Positions 1 through 10,379 are shown, counted from the stretch's first letter. The stretch is DNA of 64,000 bases from Flavobacterium sp. (GCA_017984495.1 JAGNZI010000001.1:11926-75925), one strand, 5' to 3'. Notes: generated by a model not told the origin, from the letters alone. Made by a program: numbers and translations.

Positions 1-1166
1 CATAATAATTCGATATCTTCTTCACGTCCGTGACCGTTTTCAATGCGGTGCAACACTTTTTCTAACCATCCGGTACCTTCACGACAAGGGGTACATTGAC
101 CACACGATTCATGATGATAAAAACGAGAGAAATTCCAGGTGTTTCTTACAATACAAGTAGTGTCGTTATAAACGATAAATCCTCCTGAACCCAACATCGA
201 TCCAGTGGCAAAACCACCATCTGATAACGATTCATAAGTCATTAAACGATCAGTTCCAGCGGCTGTTTTGTAAATTAAATGTGCGGGTAAAATAGGCACA
301 GATGACCCTCCAGGCACTAATGCTTTTAAGGGGCGATCGTCTATCATTCCGCCACAATATTCGTCAGAATTCATAAACTCTTCTACCGATACACCCAATT
401 CAATTTCGTAAACGCCTGGGTTTTTGATGTGTCCAGAAGCCGAAATTAATTTGGTACCTGTTGAACGATCTATTCCAATTTTTGCATATTCAGCCCCAGT
501 ATTCATTACAATCCAAGGCACAGCAGCAATTGATTCTACATTATTTACTACGGTAGGATTTTGCCATAATCCGCTAATTGCTGGGAATGGCGGTTTGATA
601 CGAGGGTTTCCTCTTTTACCTTCAAGCGATTCGATAAGTGCTGTTTCTTCTCCACATATATAGGCTCCGGCACCACAATGAACATATAAGTCCAAATCGT
701 AACCCGATCCCATAATATTTTTTCCTAACCATCCCGCCGCTTTGGCTTCATTAATGGCTCTTTCTAATATTTTATATACCCACATATATTCACCACGAAT
801 ATAGATGTACGATAAGTTGGCTCCTAAGGCAAAACTCGATGTAATCATTCCTTCTATTAATAGGTGAGGAATGTGCTCCATTAAATAACGGTCTTTAAAA
901 GTGCCCGGTTCAGATTCGTCGGCATTACACACTAAATGACGAGGTTTTCCCGATTTTTTATCGATAAAACTCCATTTCATTCCAACAGGAAAACCAGCCC
1001 CACCACGACCACGAATGCCCGACGTTTTCACTTCTTCAGTAACTTCATCGGGAGTCATTGTTTTTAATGCTTTTTCCACCGAGGCATAACCACCATTTTG
1101 GCGGTACACTTCATAGGTTTTGATCCCTGGAATATTTATTTTATCTAATAATATTTTTCTTCCCAT
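1..1166 (-). CDS. nuoF: NADH-quinone oxidoreductase subunit F (runs off the window start)
   Basis: Not in the ORF track because it has no stop in the window. Manual translation from ATG at 1166 gives MGRKILLDKINIPGIKTYEVY..., GIRGRGGAGFP, CNADESEPGTFKDR, GAGAYICGEET and ESCGQCTPCREG. It lies downstream of nuoE. Confidence 0.95.
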   Translation of the reverse strand, partial: MGRKILLDKINIPGIKTYEVYRQNGGYASVEKALKTMTPDEVTEEVKTSGIRGRGGAGFPVGMKWSFIDKKSGKPRHLVCNADESEPGTFKDRYLMEHIPHLLIEGMITSSFALGANLSYIYIRGEYMWVYKILERAINEAKAAGWLGKNIMGSGYDLDLYVHCGAGAYICGEETALIESLEGKRGNPRIKPPFPAISGLWQNPTVVNNVESIAAVPWIVMNTGAEYAKIGIDRSTGTKLISASGHIKNPGVYEIELGVSVEEFMNSDEYCGGMIDDRPLKALVPGGSSVPILPAHLIYKTAAGTDRLMTYESLSDGGFATGSMLGSGGFIVYNDTTCIVRNTWNFSRFYHHESCGQCTPCREGTGWLEKVLHRIENGHGREEDIELL

Positions 1167-1170
1167 GGCG

Positions 1171-1701
1171 CTATTTATCGTGTAATGTTATTTTTCCAGC
1201 TTTACAATCTTCTACCAATTGATCAAATGATTCTTTGGTTAATTTCTCGTGGTAAAAATCTCCCAATTGAAGCATAGGGGCATAACCACAAGCTCCTAAA
1301 CATTCTACTCCCACTACTTGAAACTGTCCGTCTGCAGAAATTTCACCCAAGTTAGCGCCAATTTTTTCACACGCATAATCCATTAAATCTTCAACTCCTC
1401 TGGTTGCACAACAAGCTGTCCGACAAAATTCGAACATGTATTTTGCAATGGGTTTTTGATTGAACATGGTGTAAAAAGACACTACTTCATATACTTCCAC
1501 CGGTTGAATGTGTAAAATTTCGGCAACTTTATCTTGCAGTTCAAAACTTAACCAGTTGTCGTGCGCATCTTGCACTTCATGCAGCACCGGAAGTAAAGCC
1601 GATTTTCTTTTGTCTTCTGGATAATGACTAATGATTTCATTGATGCGTGCCATCAATGCTTCGGTCATATGTATTTCTTGTTTGTATTGCGTTCTTTCCA
1701 T
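1171..1701 (-). CDS. nuoE: NADH-quinone oxidoreductase subunit E (2Fe-2S)
   Basis: CRTACC...ECLGACGYAP cysteine motifs, VVSFYTMF, operon position. Confidence 0.95.
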   Translation of the reverse strand: MERTQYKQEIHMTEALMARINEIISHYPEDKRKSALLPVLHEVQDAHDNWLSFELQDKVAEILHIQPVEVYEVVSFYTMFNQKPIAKYMFEFCRTACCATRGVEDLMDYACEKIGANLGEISADGQFQVVGVECLGACGYAPMLQLGDFYHEKLTKESFDQLVEDCKAGKITLHDK

Positions 1702-1706
1702 AATTT

Positions 1707-2942
1707 TTATGCGTCTAATTCTCCAGCAATTACATTTAAACTGGATAATATTACAATTGCATCCGATAATAATGATCCTTTAATCATTTCGGGATACGCT
1801 TGATAATAAATAAAACAGGGTCTTCTAAAATGCAAACGATACGGCGTTCTACTACCATCGGTTACCAAATAGAATCCTAATTCTCCGTTTCCTCCTTCTA
1901 CCGGATGATAAATTTCAGCCACTGGGATTGGCACTTCCCCCATCACAATTTTAAAGTGATAGATTAAGCTTTCCATGGTAGTATATACATCCTCTTTTGG
2001 AGGCAAATAATAGGCAGGAACATCGGCATGATAGGGGCCATCAGGCAATTTAGCTAAGGCTTGACGAATGATGCTTAAGCTTTCCCAAACTTCGGCATTA
2101 CGAACGCAAAAACGGTCGTATGTATCTCCTGATTTTCCTACAGGAACAATAAATTCGAAATCTTCATACGAAGAATAAGGTTGGGCTACACGTACATCAT
2201 AATCCACACCGGCTGCACGAAGATTAGGACCGGTAAATCCATAAGCCATGGCACTTTCTGCAGTAATAGCACCTACGTTAACTGTACGATCAATAAAGAT
2301 TCGATTGCGCTCAAATAAGTTTTCAAATTCTTTCCAAGCTACTGGGAATTCTTCTAAAAATACATTCAGTTTTCTGAAGGCTTCGTCAGACCATTCTCTT
2401 TCAAAACCGCCAATTCTTCCCATGTTAGTTGTTAAACGAGCGCCACAAATCTCTTCGTATATTTCGTATATTTTTTCTCTAAATTGGAATACATATAAAA
2501 ATCCGGTATAGGCTCCGGTATCCACTCCTAAAATGGAGTTACAAATAATGTGATCGGCAATACGAGCCAACTCCATCACAATTACGCGTAAATATTGAGC
2601 TCTTTTAGGCACTTCAATATCGAGTAATTTTTCAACCGTCATCCACCACGCCATGTTGTTAATAGGCGAAGAACAATAGTTCATTCGGTCGGTCAACGGG
2701 GTGATTTGGTAAAACGGACGATTTTCTGCAATTTTTTCAAACGCTCGGTGAATGTATCCAATTGTAGGCTCTGCTTCCACAATGCGCTCTCCATCCATTA
2801 ATAGAATGTTTTGAAAAATTCCGTGCGTGGCAGGATGCGTAGGACCTAAGTTAAGTATAGAATACTCACTGCCGTCATCATTACGTTTTTCATTAATTAT
2901 TTTAGCATATCGATGCTCAGGTGGTAATAATAGTTCTGACAT
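1707..2942 (-). CDS. nuoD: NADH-quinone oxidoreductase subunit D
   Basis: NLGPTHPATHG, GYIHRAFEK, DRMNY, RPCF motifs. Confidence 0.97.
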   Translation of the reverse strand: MSELLLPPEHRYAKIINEKRNDDGSEYSILNLGPTHPATHGIFQNILLMDGERIVEAEPTIGYIHRAFEKIAENRPFYQITPLTDRMNYCSSPINNMAWWMTVEKLLDIEVPKRAQYLRVIVMELARIADHIICNSILGVDTGAYTGFLYVFQFREKIYEIYEEICGARLTTNMGRIGGFEREWSDEAFRKLNVFLEEFPVAWKEFENLFERNRIFIDRTVNVGAITAESAMAYGFTGPNLRAAGVDYDVRVAQPYSSYEDFEFIVPVGKSGDTYDRFCVRNAEVWESLSIIRQALAKLPDGPYHADVPAYYLPPKEDVYTTMESLIYHFKIVMGEVPIPVAEIYHPVEGGNGELGFYLVTDGSRTPYRLHFRRPCFIYYQAYPEMIKGSLLSDAIVILSSLNVIAGELDA

Positions 2943-2973
2943 TTTATAAATGTGAAAAATTATAAATAGTTAT

Positions 2974-3492
2974 TTAGCAATTCGCTGTTCTTCCAAAGAA
3001 ACGATCATCTTTATCGGTTCTTCCATTGTCTTCCATTGGGAATTCTTTTCGCATAGGAAAAGAAACCATTTCATCCATATTTAATATTCTTTTCAATTGG
3101 GGATGCCCCGTGAAAGTAATACCATAAAAATCATAGGTTTCACGTTCCATCCAATTAGAAGACAAAAAGATATCGGATATTGAGGCTACTTCAGGTTGCG
3201 CTCCATTCAAATACGTTTTGATTCTAATGCGTGTATTTTCTACCCAATTGTGTAAATGGTAAACCACGCAAAATTGGTGGTCAATGGTATTGTCTGGGTA
3301 ATGAACACCGCATAAATCGGTTAAAAAGTGAAAATTTGTATCTTCTTCTTCTTTAAGAAAAAGAATCACTTCACGAACGGATTCTGAAGTGATTTCAAAA
3401 GAAAAAATATCTTTTTGCATTTCAAAGTTAGTTACTTTGTTTGCAAATTTTTGTTCCAATTTCTCTTGTATAAGTGCCGTTTCTATAGCCAT
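2974..3492 (-). CDS. nuoC: NADH-quinone oxidoreductase subunit C
   Basis: WMERETYDFYGITFTGHPQLKRIL...PMRKEFP. Confidence 0.96.
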   Translation of the reverse strand: MAIETALIQEKLEQKFANKVTNFEMQKDIFSFEITSESVREVILFLKEEEDTNFHFLTDLCGVHYPDNTIDHQFCVVYHLHNWVENTRIRIKTYLNGAQPEVASISDIFLSSNWMERETYDFYGITFTGHPQLKRILNMDEMVSFPMRKEFPMEDNGRTDKDDRFFGRTANC

Positions 3493-3494
3493 TT

Positions 3495-4037
3495 TTATAG
3501 GTTGTAAGAAGCTAATAATTCTTTATATTCTGGAGAGTTTCTGCGACGCACCGACTCGTTTTTAACCAACTCTTGCAACTGCATAACACCGTCTACAATT
3601 TGTTCAGGTCTTGGAGGGCAACCCGGCACATAAACATCTACTGGAATTACTTTGTCAATGCCTTGCAATACAGAGTAGGTGTCAAAAACACCGCCCGAAG
3701 AAGCACAAGCACCAACGGCAATTACCCAGCGTGGCTCCGACATTTGTTCGTAAACTTGACGTAAAATAGGGGCCATTTTTTTAGAAATCGTACCCATGAC
3801 CATTAGCATGTCGGCCTGACGAGGTGAAAAACTCACCCGTTCCGATCCAAATCGTGCCAAATCATAATGTGACGCCATGGTAGCCATGAACTCAATTCCA
3901 CAACACGAAGTAGCAAATGGCAACGGCCATAATGAATTAGCTCTTGCTAAACCAACAACATCATTTAGTTTCGTTGCAAAAAAACCTTCTCCAACAACTC
4001 CTTCTGGCGGAGCAACCATATTTGTTTTTGTACTCAT
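3495..4037 (-). CDS. nuoB: NADH-quinone oxidoreductase subunit B
   Basis: SCCGIE, SPRQAD, GACASSGG, VPGCPPRPE. Confidence 0.97.
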   Translation of the reverse strand: MSTKTNMVAPPEGVVGEGFFATKLNDVVGLARANSLWPLPFATSCCGIEFMATMASHYDLARFGSERVSFSPRQADMLMVMGTISKKMAPILRQVYEQMSEPRWVIAVGACASSGGVFDTYSVLQGIDKVIPVDVYVPGCPPRPEQIVDGVMQLQELVKNESVRRRNSPEYKELLASYNL

Positions 4038-4050
4038 AACAATTGCTGTT

Positions 4051-4416
4051 TTATTCCCACTCTAGTGCTTTCTTCTTGATAATGTAGAAAAAACCAACCA
4101 ATAGTAATAGCATAAATATCACCATTTTGATCATTCCATCCATTCCTAATTCTTTGAAATTTACGGCCCAAGGATATAAGAAAATAACCTCCACGTCAAA
4201 CAAGACAAAAAGGATGGCTACCAAGAAATATTTTACAGAAAAAGGGATGCGCGCATTTCCAACAGATTCGATACCACATTCAAAGTTTTTGTCTTTGTTG
4301 GCCGAACTTCTTTTAGGTCCTAAAAAGTTAGAAATTATTATGGTTCCTACTACAAAACCAACGGCTAATCCGAGCTGCATCAAGATTGGAAAATAATCAA
4401 ATTGGGTGGATTGCAT
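4051..4416 (-). CDS. nuoA: NADH-quinone oxidoreductase subunit A
   Basis: FECG, LFVLFDVEVIFLYPWA, three TM segments, C-terminal LEWE. Confidence 0.97.
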   Translation of the reverse strand: MQSTQFDYFPILMQLGLAVGFVVGTIIISNFLGPKRSSANKDKNFECGIESVGNARIPFSVKYFLVAILFVLFDVEVIFLYPWAVNFKELGMDGMIKMVIFMLLLLVGFFYIIKKKALEWE

Positions 4417-4448
4417 CTGTTTAAATTTTAAGTTTTATAAAATAGCCA

Positions 4449-4456
4449 CAAATATA
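4449..4456 (-). promoter_or_regulatory. Bacteroidetes -7 promoter element (TATATTTG) for the nuo operon
   Basis: CAAATATA on + matches TAnnTTTG on -, about 33 nt upstream of the nuoA ATG. Confidence 0.6.
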
Positions 4457-4556
4457 CATTGCATTATTTAATTCTCAAAAATCAAAAGATAAACGTTTGT
4501 TATTTATTTCTTTAAATTAGCTTATTTAAAACAATTCTAAATAAAACGGTCTTTTT

Positions 4557-5180
4557 TTACCGTTTTAGCCATCCCGTGATGCTCAATCGCGGTTCTTGCG
4601 TTACTAAAACTTCATGCAGCAGTTCGTTGCTTTTAAAAAAAACAGTCGTGCCTCCAATGGGCGAAATTTTTTGCGTATTTTTTTCTTGGTACACACACAA
4701 TTCACCGCCGTCATCTATTTTCCATTCGGGATTTAGGTAACTGATCATAGAAAATTGCCGACTCGAATTGTCTTGAAATTGGTCCAAATGTTTTCGGTAA
4801 AAAGCGCCTTTTTCATAAAACGAATAATGAAATTCATATGCGGTTATTCCTGCATAACAACTTTCGTTTAAATAGCCAATAAAGGCTTCTATTTGATCTA
4901 AGAAAGCTGTTTCATGCTTATTGTTGTTTTTTCGGTCCAACCAATAAATAAAATCGTTTCGAATCGCCTGATTTTGTTGTAGTTTTTGGGTGTTACCAAT
5001 ACCTGCAGGCGCCAATAGTTTTTCGAATTGGAGTTGGTGTAGGTGGGTGGCCAATTGGGTTCGTAACGGTAAGGGAATAAAATTTTCAACAACACCTACT
5101 TTTGTTGCTATATAACGCGCAATCAAAGTCTCAAAACATGCTTCCATTTGTGGGCTTCCCAATATGACGGGTTTTTGCAA
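4557..5180 (-). CDS. 2OG-Fe(II) oxygenase, PHD/EGLN-like prolyl hydroxylase family (alternative ATG start at 5147)
   Basis: IRNDFIYW, YRKHLD (HxD), HEV, RLSITGW. Confidence 0.85.
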   Translation of the reverse strand: MQKPVILGSPQMEACFETLIARYIATKVGVVENFIPLPLRTQLATHLHQLQFEKLLAPAGIGNTQKLQQNQAIRNDFIYWLDRKNNNKHETAFLDQIEAFIGYLNESCYAGITAYEFHYSFYEKGAFYRKHLDQFQDNSSRQFSMISYLNPEWKIDDGGELCVYQEKNTQKISPIGGTTVFFKSNELLHEVLVTQEPRLSITGWLKR

Positions 5181-5258
5181 GGTAGTCTAAATAAAAGGGT
5201 TTCCAGCGTATTTGTGAAAATAGTAATAAAATGTACCTTTACTCATTATTTGCAATCT

Positions 5259-6548
5259 ATGGAAACAACAATCACTCGAGCCAATGAAACGTATGCAGCG
5301 TGGAACAATTTGCCACTCAACGATCGGCTAACTTTTTTACCAATTCTTGCCCAACACTTGTTGGAAAATAAAACGGTTTATGCTGCTGTAATTACGAGTG
5401 AAATGCAAAAACCTATTGCACAGGCTATCGCAGAGGTGGAAAAATGTGCGTTGTTGTGTACGTATTATTTCGAAAACGCGTCCTCTTTTTTAAGCGCAAA
5501 AACAATTAAAACAGAAGCCTCAGAAAGTTTTGTAACCTATGAGCCAATCGGAGTAATTTTAGGGATTATGCCTTGGAATTTTCCTTTTTGGCAAGTGTTT
5601 CGTTTTGCCATTCCTGCGCTTGTTTCTGGAAATACAGTAGTGGTCAAACACGCTAGTAATGTGCCAAAATGTGCTCAATTGTTGCAGGATTTATTTGAAG
5701 AAGCGGGATTTCCATTAGGCTGTTATCAAAATTTAGCCCTTTCAAGTGCCGAAGTAGCAGCGGTTATAGCTCATCCTATTGTTAAAGCGGTTTCCTTAAC
5801 GGGAAGTGAATTTGCTGGAAAAGCCGTTGCGGCAATTGCTGGAAAACACTTGAAAAAATGTGTATTAGAGTTGGGAGGCAACAATGCCTTTATTGTACTA
5901 GAAGATGCAGATTTGAAAGCAGCAGTGGCAATTGCGGTTAATGCTCGGATGCAAAATGCGGGACAAAGTTGCATTGCCGCCAAGCGCTTTTTAGTGCATG
6001 AAAGTATAGCCGATGCCTTTATTATTCAATTTAAAACGGCACTTCAAAATTTAAAAACGGGCGATGTATTCGATAAAGCCACGCAAATAGGCCCTTTAGC
6101 CCGATTGGATTTGGCAACCGAATTAGATAAACAAGTACAGAAATCGATAGCAATGGGGGCTCAATTAATTTTGGGAGGTGCTAGAGATGGCGCCTTTTAT
6201 GCTCCAACATTATTGACTAAGGTTACGCCTCAAATGCCCGTTTTTACTGAAGAAACGTTCGGACCCGTTGCGGCAATCACAACATTTTCCAATCTTGATG
6301 AAGCCATTGCTTTGAGTAACCAATCTAATTTTGGTTTGGGCGTTTCTGTTTTTACTCAGGACATCGCAAAAATCAAGGCAAAAATTGCGGTTTTTAACGA
6401 AGGAGCGGTGTTTATCAATGAAATGGTAAAATCGGATCCTAGATTGCCATTTGGAGGGGTGAAAAATTCGGGTTATGGCAGGGAATTGGCCGAAGAAGGA
6501 CTAAAAGAATTCGTAAATACTAAAACAGTATTTATCAAATGTTTATGA
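5259..6548 (+). CDS. NAD(P)-dependent succinate-semialdehyde dehydrogenase (Sad/GabD-like ALDH)
   Basis: IMPWNFP, KHAS, LTGS, LELGG, NAGQSCIA, EETFGP. Start moved to the ATG at 5259 because the longer ORF overlaps the divergent gene. Confidence 0.85.
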   Translation: METTITRANETYAAWNNLPLNDRLTFLPILAQHLLENKTVYAAVITSEMQKPIAQAIAEVEKCALLCTYYFENASSFLSAKTIKTEASESFVTYEPIGVILGIMPWNFPFWQVFRFAIPALVSGNTVVVKHASNVPKCAQLLQDLFEEAGFPLGCYQNLALSSAEVAAVIAHPIVKAVSLTGSEFAGKAVAAIAGKHLKKCVLELGGNNAFIVLEDADLKAAVAIAVNARMQNAGQSCIAAKRFLVHESIADAFIIQFKTALQNLKTGDVFDKATQIGPLARLDLATELDKQVQKSIAMGAQLILGGARDGAFYAPTLLTKVTPQMPVFTEETFGPVAAITTFSNLDEAIALSNQSNFGLGVSVFTQDIAKIKAKIAVFNEGAVFINEMVKSDPRLPFGGVKNSGYGRELAEEGLKEFVNTKTVFIKCL

Positions 6549-6704
6549 TTTTTTGAATTTCAGAAAAAAATTACACTAAAATTACATAAAAACACTTACT
6601 TAATCTAAAAATTCATAAAAATTGAGGTCACACCCCTATATTTTTATTATAAAATAATTTTAAAGTAACTTTTTTGTATTTTTACCCTATAAAAATTAGG
6701 GGTT

Positions 6705-8039
6705 ATGAAAATTAAAAAAAGATGGCTGGTTTCGTTTATCATTATTTGTTTGGTGGCTGTTGCCAGTTTGTTTTGGGAAAATAAAAACCAATTGCAGCAT
6801 CGGTTTTTAACTACAGAAGCTATCAATTATGCCGATGTTGCCTGGTTACTCACTTCCTCTTCTTTTGTGTTGTTGATGACACCCGGACTTTCTTTTTTTT
6901 ACGGCGGTATGGTCGGTAAAAAAAATGTCATTTCGACCATGTTGCAAAGTTTCATTTCATTAGGGGTTGTTAGTTTGTTGTGGGTGGTTGTAGGATTCAG
7001 TCTTTCTTTTGGCGACAGCTTGGGATTTGAAATAGGAGGCATCCATTATGGTATTATTGGAAATCCCATGGATTATTTTTTTATGGATAATGTGGGTGCT
7101 TTGCCACACAAACAACTTGCCACGACGATACCTTTTGTACTTTTTGCTTTGTTTCAAATGAAATTTGCCGTGATTACACCCGCCATTATTACGGGTTCGT
7201 TTGCCGAACGGGTTCGATTCATTGGGTATTTGTTTTTCATCTGTTTGTTTACCTTATTTATATATACTCCATTATGTCATATGGTATGGCACCCCAATGG
7301 ATTGTTAGGAAGTTACTTTGGTGTGAAAGACTTTGCCGGAGGTACTGTTGTGCATATGAGTGCTGGTTTTGCCGCATTAGCAGGCGTATTAGTGTTGGGG
7401 AAACGCAAAAATAGCGAGCATATTCCAACCAATATTCCTTTTGTTCTGCTCGGAACAGGGATGTTGTGGTTTGGATGGTTCGGATTTAACGCCGGTTCGG
7501 CTATGGCTGCAAACGGTACAGCCGCTATGGCTTTTGCAACAACAACCGTTGCCTCCGCATCTGCTATGTTGACTTGGGTATTTTTTGATCGAATTAACGG
7601 TAGAAAAGCGTCGGCATTAGGCGCTTGTATTGGCGCTGTAGTTGGCCTTGTTGCCATTACTCCGGCTGCCGGATTTGTCTCGATCCCTAAAAGTATTTTT
7701 TTCGGGTTCCTTGCAGCGCTCGTTTCGAATAAAATGTTGTATTGGAGTAAATTAAAAGCGATTGATGACACCCTAGATGTGTTTGCTTGTCATGGAGTTG
7801 GGGGGATTATGGGAATGCTGTTAACCGCCATTTTTGCCGAAGGTGAAAACGCAAGTTTATTACACGGGGGCTGGTCAGTTTTTGGACACCATATGGCAGC
7901 CTTACTTTTAGTAGCTTCCTTCACCTTTTTTGGGTCCTTATTGTTGTATAAAGTAGCCAATTGGTTCATTCCTTTGCGGGTTTCTGAAGCGTCTGAGCAA
8001 CTCGGCCTTGATTTATCCCAACACAATGAAAAGTTTTAA
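6705..8039 (+). CDS. amt: ammonium transporter (Amt family)
   Basis: LMTPGLSFFYGG, FQMKFA, DFAGGTVVH, WFGWFGFNAGS, DDTLDVFACHG. Confidence 0.95.
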   Translation: MKIKKRWLVSFIIICLVAVASLFWENKNQLQHRFLTTEAINYADVAWLLTSSSFVLLMTPGLSFFYGGMVGKKNVISTMLQSFISLGVVSLLWVVVGFSLSFGDSLGFEIGGIHYGIIGNPMDYFFMDNVGALPHKQLATTIPFVLFALFQMKFAVITPAIITGSFAERVRFIGYLFFICLFTLFIYTPLCHMVWHPNGLLGSYFGVKDFAGGTVVHMSAGFAALAGVLVLGKRKNSEHIPTNIPFVLLGTGMLWFGWFGFNAGSAMAANGTAAMAFATTTVASASAMLTWVFFDRINGRKASALGACIGAVVGLVAITPAAGFVSIPKSIFFGFLAALVSNKMLYWSKLKAIDDTLDVFACHGVGGIMGMLLTAIFAEGENASLLHGGWSVFGHHMAALLLVASFTFFGSLLLYKVANWFIPLRVSEASEQLGLDLSQHNEKF

Positions 8040-8076
8040 TTTATTTTGTATTTTTGGATAAAATCCAACGGTACGT

Positions 8077-8571
8077 ATGAAAAAAATCCATCTTCTTTTT
8101 CTTTTTGTTACTTCAGTCCTTTCGGCTCAAAATCTGGAATCCGAAAAACAAAAAATCACTCAATTTATAGACCAGTGGCATGCCGCTGCTGCTGCTGCTA
8201 ATTTTGAAACCTATTTTGGCGCCATGGCAGAAAAATCCATTTTTATTGGCACCGATGCAACCGAAAATTGGAACAAAAAACAATTTCAAGCCTTTGCAAA
8301 ACCTTATTTTGATAAAGGAAGAGCCTGGAATTTTAAAGCCATCGAACGCAATATTTATTTCAACGAAAATGCAAAATTGGTGTGGTTTGATGAATTGTTA
8401 AGTACACAAATGAAAATTTGTCGTGGTTCGGGTGTACTTGTTCTAGAAAATGGACAATGGAAAATTAAGCATTATGTGCTTTCGATGACGATTCCAAACG
8501 ACACCACGGATGAAGTAGTCAAAATAAAAGCGCCTATAGAAGACGCTTTACTTGAAAAAAAGAAACCATAA
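8077..8571 (+). CDS. secreted NTF2/SnoaL-like domain protein
   Basis: Signal peptide; FIGTDATENW, WFDELL and WKIKHYVLS pattern. Confidence 0.75.
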   Translation: MKKIHLLFLFVTSVLSAQNLESEKQKITQFIDQWHAAAAAANFETYFGAMAEKSIFIGTDATENWNKKQFQAFAKPYFDKGRAWNFKAIERNIYFNENAKLVWFDELLSTQMKICRGSGVLVLENGQWKIKHYVLSMTIPNDTTDEVVKIKAPIEDALLEKKKP

Positions 8572-8572
8572 G

Positions 8573-9529
8573 TTAGTGGTTATAGACCTGTTCTTTTAAA
8601 TTTTTAAACATGGCTTCCGTCATGGTAGTCATGTCAAAGTCATTGTGCCAACCCCAATCTGCTCTAGCAGAAGAATCATCAATACTAGCGGGCCAACTGT
8701 CGGCAATTTTTTGACGGAAATCGGGCGCATAATGCAATTCAAATGCAGGATAATGTTTAGTGATAGCTGCTCCAATTTGTTGGGGCGTAAAACTCATTGC
8801 CGCTAAATTATAGGAAGAACGAATTTTTATTTGCTCAACAGGTGCTTGCATGATTTGAATCGTCGCTTTGATGGCATCGTCCATATACATCATAGGCAAT
8901 TCGGTGTTTTCCGATAAAAAACTGGTGAATTTGCCGTCGGTAATCGCTTTGTGATAAATGTCAACCGCATAATCAGTGGTCCCTCCACCGGCTTCAGTAC
9001 TCCAGCTAATGAGTCCGGGATAACGGATGCTTCTTACATCTACACCATATTGTTTGTGGTAATATTCACACCATCTTTCGCCCGTTTGCTTCGAAATTCC
9101 ATATACGGTTGAAGGTTCCATTACGGTATATTGTGGGGTGTTATGTCGGGGTGTTGTAGGACCAAAAACGGCTATACTTGAAGGCCAGAAAATTTTCTTG
9201 ATCTTTCCTGCTTTGGCTAAATTTAAGACATGAAACAATGAATTCATATTTAAATCCCAAGCAAAAGCCGGGTTTTTTTCAGCGGTTGCCGAAAGTAAGG
9301 CAGCCATTAGATATACATCGGTGATCTGGTATTGCTCAATCAAGTGTTCAATTTGATTGTAATCTAACGCATTAACGACTTCAAAAATACCATTGTTGAC
9401 AACTTCATTGTCCAGTTTTCGTATATCCGTGGCAATAACATTGTTAACACCATAAGTCGCTCTTAATTTAGCGGTAAGTTCTGTGCCTATTTGACCACAA
9501 GCACCAATAATTAATATTTTCGTGTCCAT
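8573..9529 (-). CDS. SDR-type L-threonine 3-dehydrogenase (NAD-dependent epimerase/dehydratase family)
   Basis: GACGQIG, PSSIAVFG, YGISK, GGGTTDYAV. Start set at the ATG at 9529, which has a TATATTTG box at 9552-9559 on -. Confidence 0.85.
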   Translation of the reverse strand: MDTKILIIGACGQIGTELTAKLRATYGVNNVIATDIRKLDNEVVNNGIFEVVNALDYNQIEHLIEQYQITDVYLMAALLSATAEKNPAFAWDLNMNSLFHVLNLAKAGKIKKIFWPSSIAVFGPTTPRHNTPQYTVMEPSTVYGISKQTGERWCEYYHKQYGVDVRSIRYPGLISWSTEAGGGTTDYAVDIYHKAITDGKFTSFLSENTELPMMYMDDAIKATIQIMQAPVEQIKIRSSYNLAAMSFTPQQIGAAITKHYPAFELHYAPDFRQKIADSWPASIDDSSARADWGWHNDFDMTTMTEAMFKNLKEQVYNH

Positions 9530-9761
9530 TTGATTGCTTAAAAATAGAAAACAAATATACTTTTTTTGAACGGAATTAAGGGTTCTCATTTATTAAATTT
9601 TCAACAAAACCTCACTTTCAATTCATTATTCATAAAATACAAAACGGAAAATAAGAATCCCGAATGGGTATGCGCTTGAATTTCAAATCCCTGTTAAGAT
9701 ATCCTTAGATTGTACGGATGTTTTTATAAACATTTGTACCTTTGTTTTTTAAAATGCTATC

Positions 9762-10370
9762 ATGAGACGTTTACTGGTTTCTTTTCTTTCTTTTTTTATG
9801 CTGTTGTGTTCGTGTCAAGAGGACGCTCAGCACCATTTGGATGCGCAAAAAATTGCGCAAAAAAACGAAGCCGTTTTTAAAAATATTTCCAAAATGTGGC
9901 AGTTTCAATTTCCATCGGCAAGACCCGAAATAACAGCCACACTAAATACTTGGAATGCCTGGAGACAATTTGAGATAGAACTTCTGCAAAAACCAAAGTC
10001 AACCTTATCTGCTTTTCAATTAAAAACCAAAAATATTGCCTCAAAAGCCGATGCTTTAACCGCAAGTATTCCCGAAGAATACAACAAACCACAAGTATTG
10101 AGTCGCTTTGCGGCACTGAATACTAAATTAAAATCCCTCGAATTGTACCTTAATTTAAGGGTTATTCCTGAGCAAAAAGTAGCCCAACTCATCCCCGAAA
10201 TCAATGAAGAGATCAAAGGTTTGTACAATCAGTGGGATGAAATTCTTATCAAAAAAGCCATTCCAAAAGAAATTGGAGAAGCGTTGATGTTGCAAGCTTT
10301 AGACACGGCATGCAATGCACGACCTGATCTCATGAAACAAAAAATGGAAATTTCAGACAAAATAAAATAA
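9762..10370 (+). CDS. hypothetical helical lipoprotein
   Basis: Signal peptide with LLCSC lipobox; TACCTTTG box at 9737-9744. Confidence 0.7.
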   Translation: MRRLLVSFLSFFMLLCSCQEDAQHHLDAQKIAQKNEAVFKNISKMWQFQFPSARPEITATLNTWNAWRQFEIELLQKPKSTLSAFQLKTKNIASKADALTASIPEEYNKPQVLSRFAALNTKLKSLELYLNLRVIPEQKVAQLIPEINEEIKGLYNQWDEILIKKAIPKEIGEALMLQALDTACNARPDLMKQKMEISDKIK

Positions 10371-10379
10371 CTAGTAGTT

